A DNA stretch of 64,000 nt. Origin: a virus. Its lineage: Duplodnaviria; Heunggongvirae; Uroviricota; Caudoviricetes. Each line of letters starts with the position of its first letter. Position 1 is the first letter of the stretch. Position numbers and translations under genes: made by a program. The notes beneath the pieces are model-generated. The model did not search any database. It was given only the letters and a program-made list of their open reading frames with translations, and was not told the origin of the DNA. The stretch is from IMG/VR virus record IMGVR_UViG_3300009093_000040, one strand, 5' to 3'. Positions 18,043 through 27,145 of the stretch are shown one piece after another.

Positions 18043-18350
18043 AAAAAGCCCCTACTATTATTCGGGGCTAATTGTTTACGCTGCTAAACGTTCTCTGCGT
18101 TTAGAAGTGCGGCATGCGTTTCTGTAATCAGAAAGGCTAACCACTTTTGCTTTGTTGTCTTTTATCTTTTCGTATTTCTATTTCCTATAACTACCACACC
18201 CTGTCAAAACCGGTCGAGCCCATAGTTTGTGCCTTGTGCAAAACAAGGACTAATAAACAATCAGGTAACTACGCCACAACTGCTATTTGTGGACCCGGAG
18301 GGATTCGAACCCTCGTCCAAAAGCGCTGTTAAAGAACGTCAAACAAAATA
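18043..18350 (-). ncRNA. ssrA: Circularly permuted (two-piece) tmRNA
   Basis: The 3' acceptor piece GGAC-GAGGG-TTCGAAT-CCCTC-CGGGTCC-A (18316-18290) precedes the 5' piece GGGCTCGACCGGTTTTGACAG (from 18221); G3.U70 pair; a frame ending LAA-stop (TAA 18078-18076); terminator AGCCCC/GGGGCT-TTTT; TACATTTG promoter at 18363-18356. Confidence 0.8.
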
Positions 18351-18388
18351 CAGAACAAATGTAATAAAAATTGTGTTACTTTTGTATA

Positions 18389-18697
18389 ATGCCACAACTA
18401 ACGTTTAACATCACTACTCCAAGCACCACTACATTAATAACCGGTGGTGAAACTGCAGGATCAAGCATATCCAGAATTTCTATTTGTAATACCAGTGGAA
18501 TTGCAGTTACTTTTAGTTTGGTTAAAACATTAGGTACTCAGTCCTGCATGCAATTAAACGGTATTACATTACAAGCAAATCAATCTTTCATTTATGAAAA
18601 TTTATTTTTACCTCCATCTTGGAACTTGAATTTAGTTGCAAGTGGTTCTTTGGATATAGATGTTTTATACACCAATCCTCTTAAAACTCCGTGGTAA
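18389..18697 (+). CDS. Hypothetical protein (possible virion accessory)
   Basis: ATG 18389 after TACTTTTG (18377-18384). Confidence 0.65.
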   Translation: MPQLTFNITTPSTTTLITGGETAGSSISRISICNTSGIAVTFSLVKTLGTQSCMQLNGITLQANQSFIYENLFLPPSWNLNLVASGSLDIDVLYTNPLKTPW

Positions 18698-19116
18698 TAG
18701 AAAGAGCTTATATTGTATTAGCTGATGGTAAAATCCAACCCTATATGTTGGAACCTATACCGGAACCAGTAGTTCCTTCTTCTATAACGGTAACTCTTGT
18801 CGCACAAACAAATATACCTGCTTTCTATGTTGTAACCTCAAAAGGTTATCTCGCCGACACCACTGATTATAATACAAGAAATATTATTGTTGGATTTTCG
18901 AATGCTGCAGCATTATCTGGTTTCGAAGTAAAGGTGATAGGATCAGGGACCATTACAAATCCGGCATGGTCATGGACTAAAGGTGATAAAATATTTTTAA
19001 ATGGTGCAGGTAATGTTTCTAATATACCTCCAGCATCAACTTACTCCGTTATCTTAGGAACAGCAACTGCTCCAGATACTATTGATGTAAATATACAACC
19101 TTCTATACTTCTTTAA
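18691..19116 (+). CDS. Capsid cement/decoration-like protein
   Basis: VGFSNAAALSG.EVKV...GTIT...WSWTKGDKIFL..AG...P......LGTA resembles phage cement-type domains. Confidence 0.45.
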   Translation: MVIERAYIVLADGKIQPYMLEPIPEPVVPSSITVTLVAQTNIPAFYVVTSKGYLADTTDYNTRNIIVGFSNAAALSGFEVKVIGSGTITNPAWSWTKGDKIFLNGAGNVSNIPPASTYSVILGTATAPDTIDVNIQPSILL

Positions 19117-19387
19117 TTCTTCTCAACCTCCAATAAAAAGAACGCTGTCCTGTCTTCTTATCAATATAAAAACACTTATCGTACTCTTCACCAAGTGGAC
19201 CCAAAATACCTCTGGTGAAAACTGTGTTAACAACTTGCCTCTCGTGTTTTAAAAAATCACTAAGCTCCTTCAGACCGCGGTTTCTCCTGATAACTTTTTT
19301 GGTTTCCCACCATTCCACAGACTTTTCAGGAGTGATGTCACCGACTGTTAAGCCTTCGAGTCCATTAACTGTTATATGCCACTTCAT
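19103..19387 (-). CDS. Hypothetical protein
   Basis: 94-aa ORF. Confidence 0.55.
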   Translation of the reverse strand: MKWHITVNGLEGLTVGDITPEKSVEWWETKKVIRRNRGLKELSDFLKHERQVVNTVFTRGILGPLGEEYDKCFYIDKKTGQRSFYWRLRRIKEV

Positions 19388-19455
19388 ATTGTAGCAAAAT
19401 TAAAATAAAAACCCCCGGCGTATACCGAGGGTTAATAAGTTTAGTGATAACTAAA

Positions 19456-19728
19456 CTAATCTTTCCAAGTTAAAGCTTTCACAGCCCACATCTGAGCGTC
19501 CTGAGCTTGAGTAATCGCTATACTAGCTAAACGTTTTTGTTCCTGTGTGGTGGTTGGTTTATTTCTTAACTCATCCATTTGATCAATGATGTTGGCATAT
19601 CCTATTTTACATCGATCAACAGAACTCTCTCCGGATGGATTGAAACCTAAGCCAACTGCTTTTTGTCCGTAAGTTAATTTCTGTTCTGGTTTTTGATTTG
19701 GTGCTGCATTGCCTTCTCCTGTGTTCAT
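19456..19728 (-). CDS. Acb2/Tad1-like helical-hairpin protein (candidate immune-signal sponge)
   Basis: GFNPSG...KRLASIAITQAQDAQMWAVKA resembles the R.xS.A.T..E.A.MWA hairpin of Acb2/Tad1-related families. Confidence 0.45.
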   Translation of the reverse strand: MNTGEGNAAPNQKPEQKLTYGQKAVGLGFNPSGESSVDRCKIGYANIIDQMDELRNKPTTTQEQKRLASIAITQAQDAQMWAVKALTWKD

Positions 19729-19766
19729 TTTATTTACTCGGTTCCCTACGTACCGAAAGGTTTTGG

Positions 19767-19898
19767 TTATTTTTTATCCGCTATTTGTTTCTCAAGCTTT
19801 TTAATTTTACGTTTATAAAACCAAGAAGTTATCTTGTAAGTTAAAAACGCGGTTACAAGTACTGTTAAAGTAAAGTGCAACCAAACCAATGTCTCCAT
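19767..19898 (-). CDS. Small membrane protein (43 aa)
   Basis: Hand-translated METLVWLHFTLTVLVTAFLTYKITSWFYKRKIKKLEKQIADKK; single TM plus basic tail. Confidence 0.55.
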   Translation of the reverse strand: METLVWLHFTLTVLVTAFLTYKITSWFYKRKIKKLEKQIADKK

Positions 19899-20012
19899 CT
19901 ATTTAGTTAAATTTTTAAACCAAGTCTTAATGTTATTACCAATTTTGGTAAAAAACACATTGTACCTTGTACCAACTATAATACCGATTATTAAAACGAT
20001 TAAATATCCCAT
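19899..20012 (-). CDS. Small membrane protein (37 aa)
   Basis: Hand-translated MGYLIVLIIGIIVGTRYNVFFTKIGNNIKTWFKNLTK; stop abuts next ATG. Confidence 0.5.
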   Translation of the reverse strand: MGYLIVLIIGIIVGTRYNVFFTKIGNNIKTWFKNLTK

Positions 20013-20052
20013 TTGATTTATTGTGGTTGCCTGTACACCATAAGGTTTTTAG

Positions 20053-20376
20053 TTATTTAAGAATCCCATAAAGTTCATTCTCGCGCATGATCAAGTATGT
20101 TTTGCCTTCAATTAACACAGCATTGCCTGAGTTCATACTAAAGAAAACAACATCACCTACCTTCACACTCATAGGCATAACACCTGTTACAGTGGCACCT
20201 GCAACAGATTGATCCAAACTTCTTCCCGGACCAACTACTACAACTTTTCCTTTAGGTTGTATTTGTTTTTGAGCAGAGTCTGGAATAATTATTCCACCTG
20301 CAGTTTTTTATTCAACGATAGGCTCAATAAGAACACGATCGGCAAATAAGGTTACTTTTAATTCTTTCTCTTTCAT
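20053..20376 (-). pseudogene. groES: Co-chaperonin GroES with in-frame TAA at codon 23
   Basis: ADRVLIEPIVE*KTAGGIIIPDSAQK...GKVVVVGPG...VKVGDVVFF...YLIMRENELYGIL; stop at 20310-20308. Confidence 0.85.
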
Positions 20377-20381
20377 TTTTT

Positions 20382-20885
20382 TTACTTTAAAGCATCAACA
20401 ATAGCACAGAATAACATGTCTTTTTTCTTTTGGTATTCCGGCAACTCATCAAAAGGAACAATGCACGGATGTGTTTTTTTGTCACCATCTTTTAATTTAC
20501 CATACACCCAACCAGTATCAACTTTTTCTTTCATCCATGAATTATGCTGAGCATCATGTCCGGAATTTGGATTATCTAATCTAAAAATAACACCTTTGAT
20601 TGCAGAATCTTGCTACCAAGGTTCAGCTTCTATCCAAGGTTTTTGAGGTTCCCCATGCAGTTCACACCATTTTCTATTAGCTTCATGGCAAACCATTGCT
20701 ATAGATTTAATATCTGCTTCCGATATATGGTAATCCTTCTTTTCTACCCATTGATAAGTTGGTCCTTCAATAATTTTACCCCAATGATCTTTTATCTTTT
20801 CATCTGTTGATGGAATTTTGTAAAGACCTTTTTCATAAGGTATTCCATCTGATTTTTGATGGACTATTGTTTTAGTTACTAACAT
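20382..20885 (-). pseudogene. RyR-domain phage protein with in-frame TAG
   Basis: After TAG (20615-20613) the frame continues QDSAIKGV...HNSWMKEKVDTGWVYG..KD.DKKTHPCIVPFDELPEYQKKKD to TAA 20382. Confidence 0.8.
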
Positions 20886-20923
20886 TTATATAAACGACTA
20901 CCTATACGTCGAGAGGTTTTAAG

Positions 20924-21235
20924 TTAATTGTGTTCTAGCTCCTGTTCTCTTTGTAAATTAAATTCTGATGCAGCCTCCGCTGGTGTTAAACCTGAATTAA
21001 AAGATTCAAGTATTTCATCATAATGTTTATTATTCAAATCTTTTAAAGAGGTTATTTTTAATCCATGATTAGGACACTGTTTCAAAAAATCTTCTGTCCA
21101 TGTTTCATAATTAATTTTTTGTTGCCTTCTTTTCATAATCATAAGGCATGCAAAAATTATACAAAAAGCCACTACAGGAATCAAATACAAAATGTTTTGC
21201 TGATAGGGTTTTATTGTAAGCAAAGTTTGTGTCAT
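20924..21235 (-). CDS. Hypothetical membrane protein
   Basis: One TM segment; 103 aa. Confidence 0.6.
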   Translation of the reverse strand: MTQTLLTIKPYQQNILYLIPVVAFCIIFACLMIMKRRQQKINYETWTEDFLKQCPNHGLKITSLKDLNNKHYDEILESFNSGLTPAEAASEFNLQREQELEHN

Positions 21236-21477
21236 AAAATTTCAATGTTGTGTTCGTTTTTTAAATAACGCAGTGCACGTAAATATAACACTGGTCTACT
21301 GATTTCTTTTTCATTAAGTTCATATTGTCTTTGTAAACAATGAACGCTTAAATTACGAAGCATAGCTATCGTTTTATCACGATCATTAACAGCATCACCA
21401 ATTTTTTTTAATAGCATCGATGACAATTCTACACTTATTGTGCAGGCATCAAATATTATTCCTTTGTCCGTTTTCAC
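21232..21477 (-). CDS. Hypothetical protein
   Basis: 81-aa coupled ORF. Confidence 0.55.
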   Translation of the reverse strand: MKTDKGIIFDACTISVELSSMLLKKIGDAVNDRDKTIAMLRNLSVHCLQRQYELNEKEISRPVLYLRALRYLKNEHNIEIL

Positions 21478-21842
21478 TTTATAATAATTTCTCTTTTATT
21501 ATTTGAGCAACAATCAGGATCAGCTGAAAAACCATACCACTTCAAGTACCATTTATCATAAAAAGTTTGTCTAAGTGCAAAGTTTTGTTTTGAATATCGA
21601 ACCTCAGATTTCCACATTTTACCTTCGTAAACACCACTTGGTTGGCTGTGAGAATAGTTCATTAAAGCATTAAACGTTTTCTGAGACATGATTGCATATT
21701 CATCCGTAATCTCAATAAACTTAGTATCAGGTTGATTCCATGCTTTAGATAAAGGATGAGTCATTGGTGGAATAGTATTACTAGAAATTTGAGGTAAAAT
21801 TTCTATCCAATCCTTGAAATCTCTTTGTTCAGCATTTGCCAT
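21474..21842 (-). CDS. Conserved hypothetical phage protein
   Basis: HPLSKAWNQP...YSHSQPSGVYEGKMWK motif. Confidence 0.7.
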   Translation of the reverse strand: MANAEQRDFKDWIEILPQISSNTIPPMTHPLSKAWNQPDTKFIEITDEYAIMSQKTFNALMNYSHSQPSGVYEGKMWKSEVRYSKQNFALRQTFYDKWYLKWYGFSADPDCCSNNKREIIIK

Positions 21843-22040
21843 TTAACTCTTTAAATATTCGGTTAATAATAATCCCAACTGGCGCGCGCATACACACCAA
21901 ATTACTGACTGTATTATAAAAACAGTTAGGAAATAAGGAAATGAAGTTAAGTAAGGTGAAGTGTAAGTCTTGTGTATAACAAGTGCTATAAATCCCATAA
22001 ACATAAACATCACAGCAACGACAAAAATATATTTACGCAT
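21843..22040 (-). CDS. Small two-TM membrane protein
   Basis: Start moved to ATG 22040 (MRKYIF). Confidence 0.55.
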   Translation of the reverse strand: MRKYIFVVAVMFMFMGFIALVIHKTYTSPYLTSFPYFLTVFIIQSVIWCVCARQLGLLLTEYLKS

Positions 22041-22053
22041 AATTTTATTTTTT

Positions 22054-22572
22054 TTAATCTCCTCCACTTCCACCTGCGTCTCCTCCATCACTTCCAGAAT
22101 CAGAACCACTATTACTTTCTGAAGACGAATTACTTTCAGTATCTGGTGCAGCATCTCCCGGTTGAGAACTATTCTCATAATCACCCATTTCCGATTCAGT
22201 CATACCCTCGAAGTTTTCAGGAGTGGTGTCAATTTCTGCCTGCATCTCTTCAGAGAAATTTTCTGTTTCTACTTCCTGTTCTTCAACCGGCTTCTCAGAA
22301 GATATGGTAGAAGGAATCGTATTAGAAGGTGTCCAATTAACTGTAGTGAAGTTATTGTTAACTATAGGTGTAGTGGTGCAATAATAAGAACAACTGTTGT
22401 TAGGTTGCAATATTACATACCAAAATATAAAATCATTTAAAGGATTGTTGTCAACTGTTGTATTCGCGATCTTATATGTTTTTACGTTTAACTTTTTTTG
22501 TTTTTTATGTTGACGACACTCCGATAAGCTAAGCATCAACAATAACAGGGTTAGTAATTTTATAATTTTCAT
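22054..22572 (-). CDS. Exported/lipoprotein-like protein with acidic Ser/Gly tail
   Basis: Signal-like MKIIKLLTLLLLMLSLSEC; C-terminal SDSGSDGGDAGGSGGD. Confidence 0.65.
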   Translation of the reverse strand: MKIIKLLTLLLLMLSLSECRQHKKQKKLNVKTYKIANTTVDNNPLNDFIFWYVILQPNNSCSYYCTTTPIVNNNFTTVNWTPSNTIPSTISSEKPVEEQEVETENFSEEMQAEIDTTPENFEGMTESEMGDYENSSQPGDAAPDTESNSSSESNSGSDSGSDGGDAGGSGGD

Positions 22573-22582
22573 GATGGGTTTT

Positions 22583-23077
22583 TTAATGTTCTTTTTTCTC
22601 AAATGTTTCTGCTTTCGCATGTAAATATTCAACTATAGCTAGAACTATCGAACCTACTAAAAAGGATCCATGTAACCATAGTTGTTTATAAATTAATTCC
22701 ATGGACACATCATCGGCACCTATAAATGTTTTCAACATATGTATTGATGATACACCAATAATAGCTGTTGACATTTTTACTTTTAATAAACCACTGGAAG
22801 TTTTTTCTGTTTCTTCTGAGTGAGTTTTACTAATGTAACTTGTATAGCTTCCGGTTATAATCATTTTTACAAGTCCGGCGATCATTGCCATATCCACCAA
22901 AACAAGTATGGTTAACATAGCTGAAGTTTCATTAGCTGTATCGATCTCTAATACCATGTGCCATAACTCTTTTAAATCTACCCAAGCGTAGATGCCCAGT
23001 GCTGCAATCAACCCTCCATAAAAAGGAATCAATAACCACTTACTTCCGAATAATATATTTTCAATAATTTTTTTCAT
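22583..23077 (-). CDS. UPF0114/YqhA family membrane protein
   Basis: WLLIPFYGGL...LVDMAMIAGLVKMIITGSY...LKVKMSTAIIGVSSIHMLKTF. Confidence 0.8.
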   Translation of the reverse strand: MKKIIENILFGSKWLLIPFYGGLIAALGIYAWVDLKELWHMVLEIDTANETSAMLTILVLVDMAMIAGLVKMIITGSYTSYISKTHSEETEKTSSGLLKVKMSTAIIGVSSIHMLKTFIGADDVSMELIYKQLWLHGSFLVGSIVLAIVEYLHAKAETFEKKEH

Positions 23078-23080
23078 AAA

Positions 23081-23251
23081 CTATTTTTTAGATTTCATTT
23101 TCTTTTTCTGAGCTACGAACTCAGGATTTGTTAAAATTAAGTGTTCTACCTGATAAGAAAAAGTTTGCTTAGGTGTAAAACTTTTATTCAGTTCTTCAAT
23201 CACCTCAACAGTTTCCTCTGAAAATCTTACACTTTTAAGCGACTTTGCCAT
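23081..23251 (-). CDS. Small protein, possible ribbon-helix-helix
   Basis: Hand-translated MAKSLKSVRFSEETVEVIEELN... (56 aa) filling the operon gap. Confidence 0.45.
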   Translation of the reverse strand: MAKSLKSVRFSEETVEVIEELNKSFTPKQTFSYQVEHLILTNPEFVAQKKKMKSKK

Positions 23252-23252
23252 A

Positions 23253-23990
23253 TTATTGTTTTTTTGATTTAATAAAAATTACAGGCAGCAAAAATAACAC
23301 TAATACTCCAGCTGAAAAAGCAATATCTGTAGTATGACTATTTAAAATTGGCGTAACAACATTTCCGGGTATATAGTCGCACACTCCTGATAACATCAGT
23401 TTTACACCTAATATCGCAATTACGATAAATGTTATCTTTTCGAGGAAAGGATACTTCTCAAGCAGTTTAATGAAGCCCTGAGCTACAAAACGCATGGCAA
23501 GTATACCTATGAAAACACCTACACAAATCAATCCTATTTTATCAGTAAAGGCAACTATAGCAAAGATATTATCTATAGAGAAAGTTAGGTCCATTAATTC
23601 TACAAGTACAACTGTGGTCCAGAATACACCCAATCCTGCTTTTAATCTTTTGAAAATAATGTTACCTTCTTTTTCTATTTTCTCTTCAGCTTCAGCAGCC
23701 TCCTTTTTAAAGAAAAATTTAAAAGCTAACCAGCATAGGTATGCTCCACCAAGTATTTTCAACCATAGAATTTTTATAAGCCATGATGCAAACAGTAAAC
23801 ACGCACCTCTCAATATATAGGCTCCTATAATACCATACTTTAAAGCTTTACTACGTTCGTTTGCAGGAAGATCCTGAACCATTGCTGCAAGTACTGCTGC
23901 ATTATCCACCGATAAAAGGCTCTCGATCAAAATTAAATTTAGTATTATAAAAATACTGGCTCCGAAATCTGTTCCAAAAAGTGCTTCCAT
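23253..23990 (-). CDS. terC: TerC family membrane protein
   Basis: LIESLLSVDNAAV...ALKYGIIGAYILRG...ELMDLTFSIDNIFAIVA. Confidence 0.9.
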   Translation of the reverse strand: MEALFGTDFGASIFIILNLILIESLLSVDNAAVLAAMVQDLPANERSKALKYGIIGAYILRGACLLFASWLIKILWLKILGGAYLCWLAFKFFFKKEAAEAEEKIEKEGNIIFKRLKAGLGVFWTTVVLVELMDLTFSIDNIFAIVAFTDKIGLICVGVFIGILAMRFVAQGFIKLLEKYPFLEKITFIVIAILGVKLMLSGVCDYIPGNVVTPILNSHTTDIAFSAGVLVLFLLPVIFIKSKKQ

Positions 23991-23991
23991 T

Positions 23992-24249
23992 TTATTTTTT
24001 AATTGGTTGTTTTACGTAATGATTTTTAAGTTGAGGCGCATATTCTAGTATAGCTTCTATTTGTTTTTTACCCACATTGTATCTTGTTGGTATTAAATCA
24101 TGAAGCAACAATACAATTGCATGCTCACTAAGCCCTGACTTTTTTATTTTTTCAAAAGCCTCTGACACCTGAATAATTGACTGGGCAATTAGCTCAGCTG
24201 GTTCTGGATTTTCTTCGTTTGTTTTAATTTTCGGTGCCATATTAATCAA
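23992..24249 (-). CDS. Hypothetical protein
   Basis: 85-aa ORF in the ter cluster. Confidence 0.6.
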   Translation of the reverse strand: MINMAPKIKTNEENPEPAELIAQSIIQVSEAFEKIKKSGLSEHAIVLLLHDLIPTRYNVGKKQIEAILEYAPQLKNHYVKQPIKK

Positions 24250-24958
24250 TCAAATTGTGTTGTTTAGCTAACTTCAACCAGTCCGGAAACTCTCCAAATA
24301 ATTTAGAATAAAGATCATTATCTGAAGCTCTGCTAAGATCAGGTAGTTGGAAAAAGTTTGCATTATCAATTAATCTTCCATCTAACGAATCAAGCTCTTT
24401 TAAAAATCTGAAAGATGCTGCACCTATACCTACGAATTGAAAGAATACACCGTGGTTAGAAATATCTCTCAATGCTTTTTTAGTTTCAGAATGATCTCCA
24501 TTTTCACCATCTGTTATGAAAATAACATATACAGGGAGTTTTAATTTATTTGCTTTTTTACCAAAACCTAGTTTACTTAATAAACCACCACCTTGTGTAT
24601 AATCACTTTTTATTTTCTCAATAGGAGGAGCATAATTAGTGCCACCAAAATTGTAATGACCAATTATTTCGTGATTAACAATACCTTCTACGTTTTCAAC
24701 TGTAACATTGTTTTTATGTTTTTTACAACTGCTTTCAAAAAGATATAATTCGAATTCTTGATTATCGTCAAATTGCATAGCAACCGGCACAATTCTTTCC
24801 AATGTGTCCTGAACATCACCACGGCGATATAAATCATCCATCGACATGGATATATCCATACATAAAACTACTTGTGCTTTCTGATTCTCAATTCCTTTAC
24901 CTTTTATAAGGTTAAAGATCATTTCCTTTCGAAGATTTAATTTATTTAAGTCTATCAT
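24242..24958 (-). CDS. vWA domain protein (ter-associated)
   Basis: MIDAS DISMSM, GGTNYAP, VIFITDG, FFQFVGIG, DGRLIDNANFF. Confidence 0.85.
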   Translation of the reverse strand: MIDLNKLNLRKEMIFNLIKGKGIENQKAQVVLCMDISMSMDDLYRRGDVQDTLERIVPVAMQFDDNQEFELYLFESSCKKHKNNVTVENVEGIVNHEIIGHYNFGGTNYAPPIEKIKSDYTQGGGLLSKLGFGKKANKLKLPVYVIFITDGENGDHSETKKALRDISNHGVFFQFVGIGAASFRFLKELDSLDGRLIDNANFFQLPDLSRASDNDLYSKLFGEFPDWLKLAKQHNLID

Positions 24959-24963
24959 ACGTT

Positions 24964-25797
24964 TTATTTTAATTGCTGTTTTATATAGTTTAAGTTTAGC
25001 GCGTAATCTTCAATTTTGTGATAACCATTTCCTATTGCATTATGATAAAGTGTATGCACAAAAGAATGCTTTTGATATTGAATAAAAATTTTACACTCTT
25101 CATGATTTGCATTCAGAATATATTTGATCACTCGGGTATTCATCAAATACTCTTCGTTCTTAATTATTTTATCAAGACAATTTAAGTTTTTAACGAAGTA
25201 ATAATTCAAATAGTTTTCTATGTTAGGATTTGCTTTTGTTCCTTTAAGCTCTGCGAAATACAAGAAGTAATGTGCCATGTGTTCAGTTAATTCGAACTTG
25301 TGTAACATATTTAATATTCTGTGTTCATGAGCTCCGGTGATGATTATATCATCTAAAAATAAACAAATCTTACCTTTAATGAAGTTAGCATCCACATAGA
25401 AGTCATCGTTTGCCATCACTGCGAATCTTTCTTCCTTATTCATTTCACCGTATTCTTCCTTATAAGAAGACCTGCGATATATTTTGCATTCCATTACAGG
25501 CTCGCAACTTTTCTTTATTAATTCGGCATTTAAAACGCGAATAAAATAATCTTTCATTGCAAAGGTGGCTGTAGGTATGTGCACAAAAGGAGATGATAAA
25601 ACTACAATTCTAGTTTCTGTCCCGTGACAAAGTGAAACAATTTCTTTAAATTGTTTATTGGCAATAAATTTTTGAGCAAGCTCTGTTCCAAATTTTCTGG
25701 CTGCATCTTTACAGCCGAATTTGAACTTGCTATACTCTGTAGGATCAAATCCTAAATCGTTTTTATTAGTAAATGTATATGCTGAAAACTTATTCAT
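24964..25797 (-). CDS. Phosphoribosyltransferase-like protein (ter-associated)
   Basis: PRPP-binding loop CLFLDDIIITGAHE. Confidence 0.75.
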   Translation of the reverse strand: MNKFSAYTFTNKNDLGFDPTEYSKFKFGCKDAARKFGTELAQKFIANKQFKEIVSLCHGTETRIVVLSSPFVHIPTATFAMKDYFIRVLNAELIKKSCEPVMECKIYRRSSYKEEYGEMNKEERFAVMANDDFYVDANFIKGKICLFLDDIIITGAHEHRILNMLHKFELTEHMAHYFLYFAELKGTKANPNIENYLNYYFVKNLNCLDKIIKNEEYLMNTRVIKYILNANHEECKIFIQYQKHSFVHTLYHNAIGNGYHKIEDYALNLNYIKQQLK

Positions 25798-25800
25798 GCT

Positions 25801-26499
25801 TTACAAAAGATCTTTAATTGTTTTTCCACTGTTGGAATTAATATGAAATGAATCCATTTTTATACGATTAGCACCAGCTATATCTGCAACCAGACTATCA
25901 CCTACGTGAATTATGTCCTGCATTGTAATAGGATTATGTATTCTATAACCTATAGTTTTATTTATCAAAGCTAAAAAAGGAAGCTCTGAAGGTTTAGATG
26001 CATTTATTTCATCCGAATAAATTTGAAAATCTATAAGGTTGTGTAAATCATTTTTAAGTAAACCCATTCGTAAAGTGGACCCTCTTAGAAAAGCTGTATT
26101 AGAAAGTATTGATATGCTACAACCTCTTCTGTGTTTTAATTCAAACAAAGTAGGGATAGTGCTGTCATCAAATGGAGTTGCCGGGTATTGTAAGAATAAT
26201 TTTTCCATCAATAAATAAATGCCTTGTATATCTCTGTAACTAAAATCATCCATTGGATAACCAAGTTTGTGTAACACCATTGTGTACATTTCAAAGGCAT
26301 CTATATTATTACCGACTACTCGGTTTATCAAATCAACCAAATCATCTACTTCCTTAAAAATTAATTTAATTTGGTCAATAGTTTTTTTACCACGATTAAA
26401 ATGGTCGTGGAAATGTTCGGCTCTATATTGCTTAAATCTAGGATCAGATTTAATCAAGGTCTGCCATAAATCAAAAGAGTAGTGTTTATATTGCTTCAT
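25801..26499 (-). CDS. HAD-superfamily hydrolase
   Basis: SFDLWQTLI motif I, ILSNT, SKP, HVGDSLVADIAGA. Confidence 0.85.
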   Translation of the reverse strand: MKQYKHYSFDLWQTLIKSDPRFKQYRAEHFHDHFNRGKKTIDQIKLIFKEVDDLVDLINRVVGNNIDAFEMYTMVLHKLGYPMDDFSYRDIQGIYLLMEKLFLQYPATPFDDSTIPTLFELKHRRGCSISILSNTAFLRGSTLRMGLLKNDLHNLIDFQIYSDEINASKPSELPFLALINKTIGYRIHNPITMQDIIHVGDSLVADIAGANRIKMDSFHINSNSGKTIKDLL

Positions 26500-26569
26500 A
26501 AAAGTTGGGTTAAAAAACCTACGACTTTTACATCGTAGGCTTTCATAACAACTAAACAGTTTTTAAATA

Positions 26570-27145
26570 CTACGCTTTGTAACGGTTAACGTAAGTATCT
26601 AAACCAGCTTTCTCACCTGTACCTGCAGCTTCAAACTTCCAAGCACCATTATGACGGTAAAGACGACCGAACATGACAGCAGTTTCTGAAGAAAAATCTT
26701 CCGATAAATCGTATTTAAGAACTTCGGCTTTTGTTTCAGTATCAAAAATACGAGCGAACGCATTTTTAACCTGACCAAAGTTTTGTTTACGGGCATCGGC
26801 TTGGTAAATGTTTACAATCACATTAATTGAATCAACATCTTCCGGAACTTTTTCTAAGTCCACTTCAATTACTTCATCATCACCATCACCAGCTCCTGTA
26901 AGATTATCTCCTTTATGAGTAACTGAACCACAAGGTGATTTCAAGTTATTAAAGAAAACAAAGTTTTTATCATTAATCAACTTACCGTTTTTGTCAAGCA
27001 TAAAAACACTAGCATCTAAATCGAATGCTGGTGCATTTGCTCCACTAACATCCCATCCTAAACCGATAGATGCTTTTTTTAAGCTTGGCGCTTCTTTTGA
27101 TAGATCAATTTTTTGACCTTTTTCTAAACTAATTGTTGTGCTCAT
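26570..27145 (-). CDS. terD: TerD family protein
   Basis: ISLEKGQKIDL, GLGWD, FDLDAS, GDNLTGAGDGDDE, RLYRHNGAWKFEA. Confidence 0.95.
   Translation of the reverse strand: MSTTISLEKGQKIDLSKEAPSLKKASIGLGWDVSGANAPAFDLDASVFMLDKNGKLINDKNFVFFNNLKSPCGSVTHKGDNLTGAGDGDDEVIEVDLEKVPEDVDSINVIVNIYQADARKQNFGQVKNAFARIFDTETKAEVLKYDLSEDFSSETAVMFGRLYRHNGAWKFEAAGTGEKAGLDTYVNRYKA

Noticed and set aside
18147-18332. 61-aa plus-strand ORF
   Set aside because: Antisense shadow of the permuted tmRNA.
20053-20885. Genome-wide stop-codon reassignment (TAG=Gln, as in some crAss-like phages)
   Set aside because: Long structural genes have no internal TAG, several genes end cleanly in TAG, no CTA/TTA-anticodon tRNA is present, and one of the two lesions is TAA.
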